This document shows, piece by piece, positions 37,164-50,559 of a stretch of DNA of 64,000 nucleotides. Below the pieces are notes generated by a model, which had not been told where the DNA came from, did not search any database, and saw only the letters and a program-made list of their open reading frames with translations. Both the position numbers and the translations under genes were made by a program. Numbering within the stretch: position 1 is the first letter of the stretch; every line of letters starts with the position of its first letter. The stretch is from Octopus sinensis. Taxonomy: Eukaryota. The DNA lies in NCBI RefSeq assembly GCF_006345805.1, contig NC_043016.1, positions 15,500,001-15,564,000 on the forward strand. The letters are read 5' to 3'.

Positions 37164-38634
37164 TAGTCTTTTCTGTTCATGACCATATATAGAATGCCTT
37201 GTTCTGTTGCAGCAATGTATATCAAAAGGACTATGAAACAATGAGAGTTACTGGCTGTAAGTTGTTTGCACTGAAGACCTTGTGTTATTGCCCTACTGCA
37301 TAGCGATGCGAGCTTCCTGTGTTACTGATGAGCTGAGTTGGCTGTGTCGACTGCTGTTATAGCCATTGTGCCTGCTATAAACAGTTAGGTAAGCCCGTTG
37401 ATATAGCAGCATACTAATCACTGATTTGTTGGGAATTAAATTAAATTCAGTTGCCAAGCAAATCTCCAGATGTGAGGGAGTTCACATTTTTGGCACCCAA
37501 AAAATATGGCTCATCCTTTGGCAGGAAAGATTCTCTAAGCTACAACTTCCATCATCCTTCATACCACTGTGCATTTCCTTTGCAACTCTGCACTTGTTTA
37601 TTTATTGAATCAGTTGTGTTTATAGAAAATATGCAATGTTAATATTCTTTCTGCTCACCATTAGAATGTTTGCTGCTGACAAGATGAAATCCAAGAAGCA
37701 CAAACATTGACAAAACGGCTTCTGTTTCTGTGTTATGAACTTTAACATTAACATTCAGACCACTCTGTCAAATGCAAAGCTTATTTATTCACATTGTTTT
37801 GAGTTTAATCATACATTATCTCAGGGCCTTGAGATTTTCATGATCTGTTTGTTTAGTTTTACAATGATTCTGTAGGATAAGTGAAAGACGTTGAACTGCT
37901 TGATTTCAACATAAAACAGAATATTTGAGCCAAATATGACCAGTTTAAATGCTGAAGGATTTATAGTGAAGCCCATGTAGATTAAGAACTATAGAAGCTA
38001 AAAGTTAGAGAGCATCTATAAATTACTGACAGCAAATATTCTTGGGGAAAGCATTCTTCTACTACATGTCATGCAACGCCTAATTAGAAGTTCAAGAAAT
38101 GTTTCTGTGGGAAGCCATTGTTTGAGAAACAAAAATGTGTGTATATATATATATATATATTTGCAGCTTACATATCTTTATATTATCATCATTACTATCG
38201 TTGTTTTAGCATCCACTTTGCTATACTTCCATGGGTCAGATGGAATTCATTAAGGCACATTTTCAACGACTGGATACCCTTCCTATTGCCAACCTTAACC
38301 TGTTTCCAACCAAAGTAATATTCCCTCATTGCCAGACATGTTTTCAAGTCTGGAAACAAGAGACTCTGCTTCTTTGATGATGATGATGCGCATTTGTAAT
38401 TATCCTATAACGTCAAGACAAAGAAACACACACGCATGCGCATTTATACATGTATATATACGTACATATATGTATATATGTGTGTATGTATATATACATA
38501 AATGTGTGTGTGTATGACAGACTTCTTTTAATTTCTGCTTACTAAATCAACTTGCCACCAAGTGCTCACACAGTATGGTTGAGCATGAAACCAATTCATA
38601 CAGTTATGCTTAACATAATTTATATTTTGATTTC

Positions 38635-38815
38635 AAGTTTTGGCACAAGGCCAGCAATTTAGGGGGAATGGGTAAATTAATTATATTGGCCCTTGTGCTC
38701 AACTGGTACTTATTTTATTGACCCTGAACAAAATCAATGTCGGCAGAGTTCAGATACAGAACATAAAAACATTTCTATCCAGCATGCTAGCAATTTTGCC
38801 AGCTTGCTGCCTTTA
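38635..38815 (-). mobile_element. SINE family C (GGTCGATAAAATAAGTACCAG-type central block)
   Basis: Related copies at 42835-42990 (+), 55490-55700 and 55725-55915 (-). Confidence 0.65.
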
Positions 38816-39295
38816 AACCAATCCATGTATTAAAACAAGGTTATGTTTAAGTTTGGTAATTTCTTTTTTAAGGATTTTTCTATTTTCCTTATAAGTCTTT
38901 TATGTTTGGTTTGAAACAATAGCATTCTTAATTCATTCATCTGGTATTTCAGTACTTTCACAATCTCACTTTTTCAAAAAAAAATTCTTCTCATAATGTG
39001 GTGCCCATTGTTCTGCAATAAGTTACAAAGAGTCTTCAGAATAATTTCATAACTGAAGAAATCATTGAAACCAATTACCACAGTTGGCTTTGAATATGAG
39101 ATTGAAAAAGTCTTGAAAACTTCAGACTAATATGCTTAGGAATATTATGGTTTTAAAACAGAAGAATCAATGCATAAGACTAAAACATTCTTAAAATAAA
39201 ATAAAAGAAACAAAACTTTAAAGTAGTCATGTTTTTAAGCAGGACATTTCAAAGAAAAGCTCCTCCTTATTTATGCAAATATCTTTGCATTTATT

Positions 39296-39340
<45 letters not shown>

Positions 39341-39492
39341 TGGACTCTGCCATCTAAAACAACTTATGAGCATTCAAATTTTATTGAAAGACCTGCACAA
39401 ATGATTTGTTTATACTTGGTTTAACTATTATGGTGTTGCACTTGTGTATGCACCTAATTCAGCCCACCTATTAATTTCTGCCAATTTTTATG

Positions 39493-39970
39493 TATATATA
39501 TATTTATGAATTTGTAACCAAACCCAAATGCTGTAAGTCATAGAGAAGAGTGACACACACACACACACATAGGTCCTTTTTAATAATGACTATAATTATA
39601 CATTATTTATAAAATAATATATACTCCATTTAAAGTGACTAAACCTAAACAATTGTTTACAAATTTATAAATATATATATACTAGACTAAAATTATCTTT
39701 ACATTAAAATTGGCTGAAATTGCTGGGTGGGCTATTTGGCCGAATTGAGTGCATATGGGACCATGGAACAATTGATGTCCTGTTCAGTTTCCATTAGTTC
39801 GGCCCATCTTCTTTTAGTCAATTGTCTAGATTCAGTCGCTTTAAATGGAACATATATTATGATATAAATAATATATAATTATAGTTATTATTAAAATGGA
39901 CCTATGTGTGTCGTACTTCTCTATAATTTACAGCCTTCGGGTTTGTTTACAAATTTGTAAATATATATAT
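39493..39970. repeat. Degenerate inverted repeat (~115-bp arms) flanked by (TA)n
   Basis: 39493-39611 vs 39863-39970, e.g. CATAGGTCCTTTTTAATAATGACTATAATTATA / TATAATTATAGTTATTATTAAAATGGACCTATG. Confidence 0.7.
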
Positions 39971-40489
39971 AAGTCAGGATGATGAGGGGAGTGTCAGTTT
40001 CAAAAATATAAAATGTATCATATTAATTGACGTGTCTCCGATGAAAAATAGATGAAAAATTTTGTAATTTTGTTTTCTCTGTATTTTTTCTGGAATTTTA
40101 ATATGCCCTTTTTATGTTTTATTATCCCAAATTTTTTATTATACCAATGTTTTATAACTTTAAGCATAAATTCACTGTGTTTTGTATGTAACATTGATTC
40201 TTATATACTTATATATATTATATGATTTTTATCTATTTATATATATATTATTATGTTTATATATGTCGAATTTTATATCCGTTCTGTAGATATAAATGAA
40301 TATATGAATGTATTTGATCTTTGAGTGTAGATCTGAGTAATGTTCCTTTAGTTCCTATTCGCATTGCCTCCGCTCAGATTAAGAAGCGGAATATAGCTCA
40401 TGTGGAGTACTAAAACTCCAGTTTGTATTATATTTTGAGTATTGTTATTACTAGCAATCTCAAGATATAACTGTATTTTGTATTTTATA

Positions 40490-40577
<88 letters not shown>

Positions 40578-40679
40578 AATTTCTAAAAACCAAAAACCAT
40601 TTACAGTTGATAAAATATTAAAAAAAGTGGCACTGATTACTCTTAACAACTTGACCATTCCTCCTTAGCACCATTCCTC

Positions 40680-41210
40680 AGATACAAAGACACAAACACA
40701 TACACCATACACGCACGCACATAAACACACACACACTCTCTCACAAGACAATAATAAAAAGGAAATATAATTTATGGTCTTCTTTCTCTCCCTCTTCTTC
40801 CTTTCCTTCTTTTTCTTTAACACTTCTTTCAGATACACACACACGCACGCACACACACATGCTCTCTCTCTCACTTTCTCCCCATTCCTCACCCTCTTGT
40901 ACTATCTTATATCCCTCCCCACCAATACACACTCAATAACACTTTTTTCCCAAGATCTTAACCCCTCCCCCCCTTGGAGTAAATATCCTGACCAACTATA
41001 AAAGAAACCAGCAAAACAACTTTTTCTTCTTCCCTCTCTCCCTTTTCTTCCTTTCCTTCTTTTTCTTTAACACTTGTTTCAGATACAAAAACACACGCAC
41101 GCGCGCACACACACACACACACATATGCTCTCTTTCTCTTCTTTCTCCCCATTCAACATCCTCTTGTACTATCTTATATCCCTCCCCACCACTACACACT
41201 CAATAACACT
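40680..41210. repeat. Imperfect local tandem duplication (~200-bp shared segment, pyrimidine-rich)
   Basis: CTTTCCTTCTTTTTCTTTAACACTT..TTTCAGATAC...CTCTTGTACTATCTTATATCCCTCCCCAC occurs twice. Confidence 0.85.
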
Positions 41211-41431
41211 GTAAAATGGCCAAAATTTTTCCACAGGAACTTAGTTCAATATGAAAACTCCACCAGAATGGCCGAAAGCGCTATTATATGATATATGATC
41301 TAAGTTATATGATGTATAAAAACATGTAATATACAAATAAATATCTGTAAATATAAAGCCATCCGAATTTCTGAGTACCTCATTTCTTCTAATATGATTA
41401 TATATATATATGCATATATATATGTATATAT

Positions 41432-41771
41432 GGGGAGACCCCCTTCAGTCATGAGTGACCATGGGGCTGCACCTAGAAAGTTACCCTCCGAGGCATAAGT
41501 CCAGGCAAGGTTGTTTATGGAAGACCAGCAGTTGCCCTTTGCTTACTAGCCTCCCTTCTCCATGCCACTAATATTATCCAAGGGAAAGGCAAGGGCCGAT
41601 ACAGCTTGGCACCAGTGACATCGCGACTCATTTCTACAGATGAGTGAACTGGAACAACATGAAATAAAGTGTCTTGTTCAAGAACACAACACACAGCCCG
41701 GTCCGGGAATCGAACTCACAACCTCATGATTGTAAGCTCGACGCTCTAACCACTGAGCCATGCACCTTCAC
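41432..41771 (-). mobile_element. tRNA-derived SINE, family B
   Basis: Minus strand A-box TGGCTCAGTGG and B-box GAGTTCGATTCCC; homolog at 54587-54905 (+). Confidence 0.88.
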
Positions 41772-41960
41772 AATATATATATATATATATATTTTTGTGA
41801 GAATTAGGGGTTGGGAAACCATCTAACTAAGGGATAGTACCTATCCAATATAGTACTGGTAGTGTACCCAATTATTCATAGTCAAGGGCTAGTTGTTGCA
41901 TGGCAATCTCGCTATTGGGTATTATACATGGCAGTGGTAAAAAGTGGTTTACCTTTAATT

Positions 41961-42330
41961 TATACGGCAAATAAGAAAGTGGAGAGGATATGAAATCGAC
42001 AGACATCAACCAGTAAACATTCCAGTATGTCTCTTTATTATTCCAATGTATTGGACTGAGACACGTGTATTTGTGGTACAGGTTATCAAGTGGAAAGAGT
42101 TAGTAACTGGTAAATGCAAAAAACAAGGGTGTGGAGGCACATAAGCATATAGGAACAAGTGATCAGTTGAGCAGATGAACAGATTGTCTATAAAACCAAA
42201 TGGGTGAGTAGGTGCTAGTTCTTAGTGTGTGTCTCAGTCCAATACATTGGAATAAATAGACACACTGGAATGTTTGCTGGCTGATGTCTGTCGATTTCAT
42301 ATCCTCTCCACTTTCTTATTTGCCTATATA
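41961..42330. repeat. Inverted repeat, ~100-bp arms, ~165-bp spacer
   Basis: GGCAAATAAGAAAGTGGAGAGGATATGAAATCGACAGACATCA... mirrored at 42229-42325. Confidence 0.9.
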
Positions 42331-42341
42331 TATATATATAT

Positions 42342-42650
42342 ATCATCATCATCATCATCATCATCGTTTAACGTCCGCTTTCCATGCTAGCATGGGTTGG
42401 ACGGTTCAACTGGAGTCTGGCAAGCCCGAAGGCTGCACCAGGCCAGTCAGATCTGGCAGTGTTTCTACAGCTGGATGCCCTTCCTAACGGCAACCACTCC
42501 GAGAGTGTAGTGGGTGATATTATGTGCCACCGACACAGGTGCCAGACGAGGCTGGCAGACGGCCATGCTCGGATGGTGTTTTCTTATGTGTCACCGACAC
42601 AGGTGCCAGACGAGGCTGGCGAACGGCCACGCTCGGATGGTGTTTGTTAC
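42342..42650 (-). mobile_element. RTE-type 3' end with tandem units
   Basis: Same tail and repeat unit as 57255-57800. Confidence 0.85.
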
Positions 42651-43069
42651 ATGCCCCTATGTAGGATGCACCACATTTGCCACAGACGATCTCGTATACA
42701 ACATAGGTCCTCTGGCACAATTCAGGGTTATTGATGGGGTCAGTAGACTTCAACATCTCATCATAAAATTGTCCTGCTAAGTTTTAAAATAGATTTTTGT
42801 TTACAAAAGTTTATTAAGCTACTTAGCATGTTATTTTTATTGTAATTCTGAGTTCAAATTCTGTTGAGGTTGACTTTGCCTTTCATCGTTTTGGGGTCGA
42901 TAAATTAAGTACTAGTGAATTACTGGGAGGGGGGGGGGTGTAATCAACTACTCCCCTCTCCACAAATTTCAGACTTTGTTCCTTTTGTAGAAAGGATTAT
43001 TATTATTATTGACTTTTAATCTTCATGTTTGCTACAATCACTTGCCAAGACACACCCAGCATCCTAGGG

Positions 43070-43090
43070 CAATTATTATTATTATTATTA

Positions 43091-43133
<43 letters not shown>

Positions 43134-43192
43134 CATCATCATCATCATCATCATTATTATTATTGTTATTATTATTATTATTATTATTATTA
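43070..43192. repeat. (TAT)n/(CAT)n trinucleotide repeat just upstream of exon 2
   Basis: Direct reading. Confidence 0.97.
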
Positions 43193-43265
43193 CCTTGGTT
43201 TTTGAGATAACATTCTATGATGTTGTTTTCTTTCCTAATATTTTCCCACACTTTCTTTTTCACAG

Positions 43266-43391
43266 TGCTCCTTATTATGCTAAACTGCATAAATGTGAAA
43301 TTAGTGACAAGGCTACAACTTATCATCACATTCAGCAAGATCATAGCTTTATTAATCATAATTGTCATTGGATTTTATTGGATTGGCACCG
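43266..43391 (+). CDS. SLC7 transporter coding exon 2 (126 bp)
   Basis: Acceptor TTTTTCACAG; (M)LLIMLNCINVKLVTRLQLIITFSKIIALLIIIVIGFYWIGT(G); donor GTAATG; phases 1/1. Confidence 0.95.
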
Positions 43392-43504
43392 GTAATGTTA
43401 TTTCTTTCTTTTTTACTTTGGCTGTTACAATTTACTACAACTGATTAAACAATATTCCATTTGAATTTTTTTTTTTTTTTTTTTCTTTTAAACATAAGAG
43501 TTGA

Positions 43505-43716
43505 CCCTTTAGATACCAACCCACCTCTGACTCTGTAGTACAAATGTTTTGTTTTCAAAAGTTTTGAATCAAAATCTTCCACCAAACCTTAGTCACAATT
43601 TATGTTCCTAACACTAGCTTAATGAAAAAGAAGTTATTTTACTAAATTCTTTGTTATATTTAAAATTAATTAAAAGAAACACAGAGCATCTCAACAGAAA
43701 TATGGTAAGAAATGGG
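43505..43716. mobile_element. piggyBac-like MITE (second copy)
   Basis: TTGA-CCCTTT...AATGGG-TTAA; reverse homolog of 20803-21010. Confidence 0.75.
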
Positions 43717-44487
43717 TTAAAGCTAAATATCTCTCTTTGCTGCTGTTTTCACTTGTTTTAATGGGATTCTTTCCTCCAAAAGATCTTTAGAGTAAAATCA
43801 TTCCACAGGGTGTGTAAAGCTCAGAGATCAGAGAGACTCTTCAAGTTAAACTGCTGCTTTTTCTTTACACTGATGGGTCACGGCTCCAGTACATAGAGTT
43901 AGAATGCCACAGTAAAGAATCACAAGACAGATTCTTCAAGCTGAAACAACCGATAGGAGACCTAGGGGCAAACCAAGAACAAGATGGTTGGATAATATCC
44001 ACGGACTCAATTGGTCCTATTTGAGAATCCAGCCTGAAAGTGTAATGATGGTTGCTTCTGATAGGACCCTAAAGAGGAGGCGCCTGAGAACTCTCCCACT
44101 AAGAATAGTGAGGTGGAAATCCTTGCCATAGATCAGAAGTGAAATCTTATTGGCATGGTTTCTGCTTCTAGTTGTATTTCACTTTGCTTACATTTCTAAT
44201 CATGTTGAGAAGAACCTGAATTTCGTTTTCTTTTCTCTACACTGTTTGGAATTTATGTCAAATGTTATGCAGTTCCATAGAATTTATATCAAATATTATC
44301 CAGTTCCACTATTCCACCATTTTCATAAAGTGGCTACATATAAGGAATACATTTCCTTCCTGTACACTTTTTATGCTGTGAGAAGAAATGGACTCTGTCA
44401 AATTTTCTTTTTTTTAAACATACATATTAGTAGTATAAACTTCATCTTTATATAATTTATGAAAATATCTTTTTTTATTCTTACCAG

Positions 44488-44587
44488 GCAATAATGAAAA
44501 CCTCAAAAACACATTTACTGGAACGGACTATCGAATTGGTCCAATTGCATTATCATTTTATTCTGGTTTTTGGGCTTATAGTGGTTG
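44488..44587 (+). CDS. SLC7 transporter coding exon 3 (100 bp, TM6 N-half)
   Basis: Acceptor TTCTTACCAG; (G)NNENLKNTFTGTDYRIGPIALSFYSGFWAYSG(W); donor GTAAGT. Confidence 0.95.
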
Positions 44588-45844
44588 GTAAGTATTAGAT
44601 TTCTAGTTTTATTTTATCATTATTTTGATATTATCCACTAAACACCCTTTCAGTAATATATAATATTCTTGTCTGCTATGGTACACCATACATCTATTTG
44701 AGAGGACCTCTCAAGGCTAATAGTGCAGTATTCAATGTCCTAACAAGACATCCATATTTAGTTGGATACAAAGATTACCTTTTGGTTCTAATACTGCTTC
44801 CGTTGCTAATAATTATAATGCTTTTATTTAATATTTAGTCCAAAAAGGAGAGATGGCATCTATTTTTCTTTTAAGCCTTCCCAGATAGAGGTTGATATTG
44901 GTGATGTTTAGTTTGAATTCCTGAAGTCTGAAAATATGATGGGGAAATATCAGGAATAGAATTTTATTCTAGGGAATAAAAATTGAACATGATTTTTTTC
45001 AGTTCAGAATCTAGAAAGAGAGATGAAGTAAGTGCGAATTCAGTTGAAGTAGATGAAGATAATAAACCATCGGAGAGTTAAGGGGAAGCGAGACCTGTGT
45101 ATTTAGGATAGAAGAGACTTTGAGAAAGCAGCAGAATATGTAGACCAGAATGCATTACAAATGTGTTAACATTACTCAAATACACAGCCATTTATCTGTA
45201 TTCCTCATTGAGGTTTGAACTGCTCAGAGCTGAAGTAAAATTTTGTCCAGGGAATGTCACCCAGGCTTTGCAATACAATCTTATCTATTTAAGTAATGTG
45301 TTGTTGCTATTAAACTCATAAGGGTTTTTATTGCTTAGAACAAATGGACAGTTGATGGAACTGGTTGTTTGTAGTTGAAGAGTTAGGAGGGTGTAATGTG
45401 TGATTCTTTGATGTGGTTAGTGCCTTGGTTCTAATAATGTACATATTGCAAGTTGTTCACCAAGCTGACTTATGATCATAGGCCTTCCAACCATGACTCT
45501 TTGTCCATGAAATGCTTACTACATTTTATTTTCCTTTTGTAAGGCACTAAGGATATGATTTTAAGTGATATTATGCTGCTCTTTTTCTGTTTGGTTAAGT
45601 GAAAGTTCAGAGGTTTGTCTACCACAAACTTATTGATGTTATCACAGTTCAACTTTAATCAAATGAACTTTTTGGTAAAAGGCAATTTGGCATCGACCAT
45701 CCAGGGTTTTTTTTTTTAAATCATGAACTACATTCATTAATATTTCCTTCTCTTTTTAAGATGGCAGAGTGATCTGAGAGCAATTTGGTTGCTATTTCTA
45801 CCAGTTCAAGTGACCTAATTGAAGTTCTCTTTTTATTTCATTAA

Positions 45845-46069
45845 CTCTTTAGCATTTAATCCACCCATGTCTAGCCACCCAAATATTCTATCTGTTTTAA
45901 GTTCAAGCTGGCTAGATCCAGCTTCTCACCTATAACCCTATAACTTATTCTAGAAATAAGCAAACATCATCAACATCAAAATCTTGAATCTAAGAAATAA
46001 TGCCAGATTAATTCAAGGGAATGTGAATAAATAAGCATTATATCTGACAGTAATCTGAATGCTAAAGGG
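45845..46069. mobile_element. Second piggyBac-like MITE family
   Basis: TTAA-CTCTTTAGCATT ... AATGCTAAAGGG; related copies near 37737-37960 and 32560-32720. Confidence 0.6.
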
Positions 46070-47750
46070 TCAACACAAGCTGTTGTTGCTGATAAAATAA
46101 AAGAGTATGGTTTGAGGGATATTTAGCTGGTATTTCTACTAGATTAAGCAACCAAATAGAATTGTCTTTGCTTGGCAAGAAGTATTGAGGTTGTGTATGG
46201 ATTGACTGAGTGAAAGTCATGCAGGGCTGTGTCTGTATTGGAGAGTACAGCTATAGATGCCAGTAAATAGGTTGTTACTGTAGAGAAGACAGATAATTAC
46301 AATGATACATGCTCTGTTGTAGAGAGGTCTGACAAGGAAGTTTCTAGTCATATGATTGAATTCAGTTGGATTGCTCGGACAGGTAACTTTTTAGAGCATT
46401 TCAGAACAAGTGGTCAAAGACTTGCTTGACAAATTAGCTTTCAATGAAGTTGTTTGCATAGAAGAACCATTGGAAAGTTAATTTATATGTGCATGCATGG
46501 AGAGAGAGCAGGGGGGGGGGGACAGTGTTTGTAGCTTTTTCAGGTTTTATAAGACTGGAAGATATAGACAGTTGGGTAAAAGCTAATGCAGCTAGGTCTC
46601 GGTTTAGTCTTTTTTTTTAGGCCTGGAATTAAGAAGCAATTGTAGGCAGGAGCACTTTCTAGAAATGTGTAGTTCTGTGAAGGAAGAATAAGGGGTAGTG
46701 ACTAACTGTGTTGGGATTGTGAGTTAAGAATTAATAGTAGTTCTGAAAGAGACAGCTGAGATGTCTGTAAGAAATGGCATGCAGTCAACAACTTTAGAAT
46801 AAAAACATCAATCTAGTAGCAGTTCAGAAAAAAAAAAGAATCTTCATTTTGGTAATTGACAAATGATTAAAGAGCATCAGTGAGTGGAAGAATAGATTAT
46901 ATAAACTGAAAGGATTAAAAGTAACAGTTTTTCTTCTACCATTTTCAAGAGCAAAAACATTTATGTGCAATTTAGAGTAGAAGTTTTCCAGTTGATTTGG
47001 CTGTACAGAAACTATTCTGGTGTTCAGTGAAAAAATAAGATATTCAAGTAAAAGAAGTGTATTGTTTATGACTGTTGTCTTTGTCTTAGAGTTGTTTTGG
47101 CCAGCAACTGACAAAGTCAAAATTAATTATTTTAGATATAGATTGTATTTGTTCCAGGATGAAATTTGAAGTTTTTAACCTGATTAACAATGAAATAATG
47201 GTTAATAATAGGGTATTCAAGCGTGCCTCTGCATAGTTACTCAACATAGCAGTAACAGAAAAATTACATCCTGCTGCCTGGGGGAAAAAAATTGATCCGA
47301 TTGTCTAAGATGGTTCTTGGTAGACTGTGACTAAAAAAACAAAACAAAAATAGCATAGTCACAATTAGAATATGTGTATATTTCTATTTGTCACAGTAAA
47401 TATCCACTGTAAGTGAAAAGAAAGAATTTATTGGAATTAATGTCCTACTTAGGATGAGAATGAATGAATGATTATGAACCAGCCTCTTTTAGAATAATTC
47501 CCATACTCAGAAATTTCAGCTTTTGGTATTCTGCATTTGGGAAGTGGGTGTGGTGGGGGAAGTCTTCTAGGAAAGGGAAAAAGACCAAAGTTATCTGGAT
47601 TCAGAAAGGAATCTGCTAAATGAATTGAAATTCTTATTACAACAAAGCATAACCAATCTGTTATTGAAGATAACAATGAATCTGTAGATCATATGATCAA
47701 AATAATCATAGCTTCTTTGCTTAACACAGATTGGTTATGGTTCAGAATGA

Positions 47751-47930
47751 CCTCTCTCTCTCTCTCTCTCTCTCCTCTCTCCTCGCTCTCTCCTCTCCTC
47801 TCTCTCTCTCCCTCCCTCCATCTCTCTCTCTCTCGTCCTCCTCTCTCTTCTCCTCTCTCTCCTCATCTCTCTCTCTCTCCTCTCTCTCTCTCCGTGTCTC
47901 TCTTCCCTCTCTCCTCTCTCTCCTCTTTCT
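47751..47930. repeat. (CT)n polypyrimidine microsatellite
   Basis: Direct reading. Confidence 0.95.
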
Positions 47931-48348
47931 CTGTTAGATGGTTTGTCTTTGCTGAAGCTACAGAAAAACATCTCAGCAAAGAATTAGATAGGAGGTTTAT
48001 GGTGTGTATGTGTGTAAATAAAGATTTGAGAAGGAACCGATGTTACCAGCCAGTATCCATGTGTGAGAGGCCAAGCACGTGTATAACTGCTACTTGGGCT
48101 GGGTGCAAAGGAAATCTATCCAGCTGGCATCAAGCCAAGTTTTCAAAAGATGAACAGAAAATAAAAATCAGAGAACAGAGTAGAGATAGAGTTCAAGAGT
48201 GAGAAGAGAATTGTAGAGGTTGGAATATTGAATAATTGTTAGACAAAAAGAAAATAATGATTTGTTTGTTTTTTTTTGTTTTGTTTTTTTTATTGACAAT
48301 AGAAATTAATAACAAGTAATAAAAATCTAAAATATTTTCTTGTTCCAG

Positions 48349-48393
48349 GAGTTACTTGAATTTTCTTACTGGTGAATTAGTCAACCCAAATAG
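48349..48393 (+). CDS. SLC7 transporter coding exon 4 (45 bp)
   Basis: Acceptor TTCTTGTTCCAG; (W)SYLNFLTGELVNPN(R); donor GTATGA. Confidence 0.93.
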
Positions 48394-48880
48394 GTATGAA
48401 GCTACGTTAAATTTCACTACATTTTCTTTTCATTTAGTTTAGAGGTTGCAGTTTCCTGGGCAGTGATTTTAGATCTGCTACGTATTAGATGCTTATATAT
48501 ATGTGTGTGTGTGTTGTGTTTATCCCCTGTTGCTGCTTGACAACAATTTTCGCTTGTTTATGTCCCCATTACTAAGCAGTTCAAAAAAGAGCCTGACAGA
48601 ATTAATAGCAGGCTTTAAAGAACAAAGTACTGGGGTAATTTCTTCAAATAAAACTTTCAAGGTGGTACCCCCGTATGAGTGCAGTCTAATACAGAAACAA
48701 TAAAAGATATATGTAGGTATGTAAGGTAGATGTGTGTATATATATATACATATATATATATACATACACACACACTATATACACTATATATAATTAATAT
48801 TAATATTAGGGAAGTTATTTCCGAGTCCACAAGGGAGAGAAGTTCAATTTAGTGGTACTAAAATGAATTACTCTATTATA

Positions 48881-49160
48881 TATATATAATATATAGATAG
48901 GTTTAAGAGACAGAATCACCCTGAAGCAACTCAATCATCATTGAATGACATTATCCACGATAGGTACATATAGGACTAAATATCAAAATTATATATACAA
49001 TTCTTATTTCAAATCATAAGAAATAAGAATTGTAGGTATTAATTTTGATAATTTTAATATTTAGTCCTATATGTACCTATCGTGGATAATGTCATTCAAT
49101 GATGATTGAGTTGCTTCAGGGTGATTCTGTCTCTTAAACTTATCTATATATATTATATAT
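48881..49160. repeat. Near-perfect ~280-bp hairpin in a TA tract
   Basis: Arms 48881-48992 and 49048-49160, plus an inner TACAATTCTTATTTC/GAAATAAGAATTGTA stem. Confidence 0.92.
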
Positions 49161-49290
49161 ATATGTGTGTATATATATATATTATATATGTATATATATT
49201 ATATATGTATGTATATATATATACATTCAAAATGTGACCACGTGTGTACCGTTGGCGATTTTTTTTTCTCTGGATCTTTCCTTCTCCTAT

Positions 49291-49325
49291 GTTTCTGATG
49301 AAGAGCTCCGCTCGAAATGTTAAAC
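49291..49325 (+). ncRNA. Minimal type I hammerhead ribozyme motif within a ~190-bp insert (49232-49425)
   Basis: GTTT-CTGATGA-A-GAGC(TCC)GCTC-GAAA-TGT-T-AAAC; sister copy at 58525-58705 (-) has CCGACGA...GAAACGT. Confidence 0.65.
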
Positions 49326-49423
49326 CCTCCTTCTTTCCTTCTTTCCTGAGCGTCTAATAATACTATATTTGTTCCACGTCCTTACGTTGTTGTGTTTTTT
49401 TGTGCTTTCTTGTTTGGATTAAC

Positions 49424-49460
<37 letters not shown>

Positions 49461-49568
49461 ACAGTATATATATATATATATATACAGTGCATGTATATAT
49501 ATATATACACAAATATACAAGGGGCAATGATGCTGGAAATTCAGTATACAGCACATGGAAAAATTATG

Positions 49569-49949
49569 AGTTGAAAACATGTGGAACACAAATATAAAAA
49601 GTAGAAGAGAAATACCTTCATTTCATATAGTTTAATACCTTTTTATAAATATATACATAATGTATGGATGTCATGAAATCCAACCGGTTTTCGCTATTTA
49701 AATTAGCTTTTCAAGGGACGTTGTACAGTAATCAATCTCTCATGACAAACATCCAAAATGATGAGACCTCTTTGTCATGAGAATTGATTACTGTACAACG
49801 TCCCTTGAAAAGCTAATTTAAATAGCGAAAACCGGTTGGATTTCATGACATCCATACATTATGTATATATTTATAAAAAGGTATTAAACTATATGAAATG
49901 AAGGTATTTCTCTTCTACTTTTTATATTTGTGTTCCACATATTTTCAAC

Positions 49950-49950
<1 letters not shown>
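49569..49950. repeat. Near-perfect inverted repeat (~180-bp arms, 21-nt loop), probably an inverted Penelope pLTR pair
   Basis: Arms 49569-49749 and 49771-49950; each carries CTTGAAAA-GCTA(ATTTAAA)TAGC-GAAA-ACCGGT, a hammerhead-like variant. Confidence 0.9.
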
Positions 49951-49980
<30 letters not shown>

Positions 49981-50072
49981 TACATTGTGCGTATATATAA
50001 CCATCATCCATCTTTCTTTTCCCCATTTCAAGTTTATCTTAATAATTTTGATGCGCTCTCTCCTGTACTATT

Positions 50073-50111
<39 letters not shown>

Positions 50112-50525
50112 CCTCTCCACCTTCGTTTTCTCTCTCATCCTTTCTCTAATTCTCTTTTCTCCTGTTCACTGTCTCTATCTGTCCCTCTCTTTCCTTCTTC
50201 CTCATTTACTCTCTTGTTGCTCATATGTGACCATCATCCATCTTTCTTTTTCTTTCTGTCTGTGTCAAAGATCAGATGCATTCTTGTCTGTCTTTTCTCC
50301 TGTCAAAGATTGTTCCTCCAGCATTCACCGCATTACCTCATATGGCCTAGCAGCTCTAACTGTTTGTTTTCACTGTCCTGTTTTAGTTATGTGGAGTAGA
50401 TAAACAGCCAACAACTAATGAAGGGTCATTTTTTTTATGTTACTTGTTTTGTTTTCCATTTGTTTCTCTCTTTGCTCGTAAAAAAATGTTTGTCTTCGTA
50501 TTTCATGCTGTTTATGTTTTGTGAC

Positions 50526-50559
<34 letters not shown>

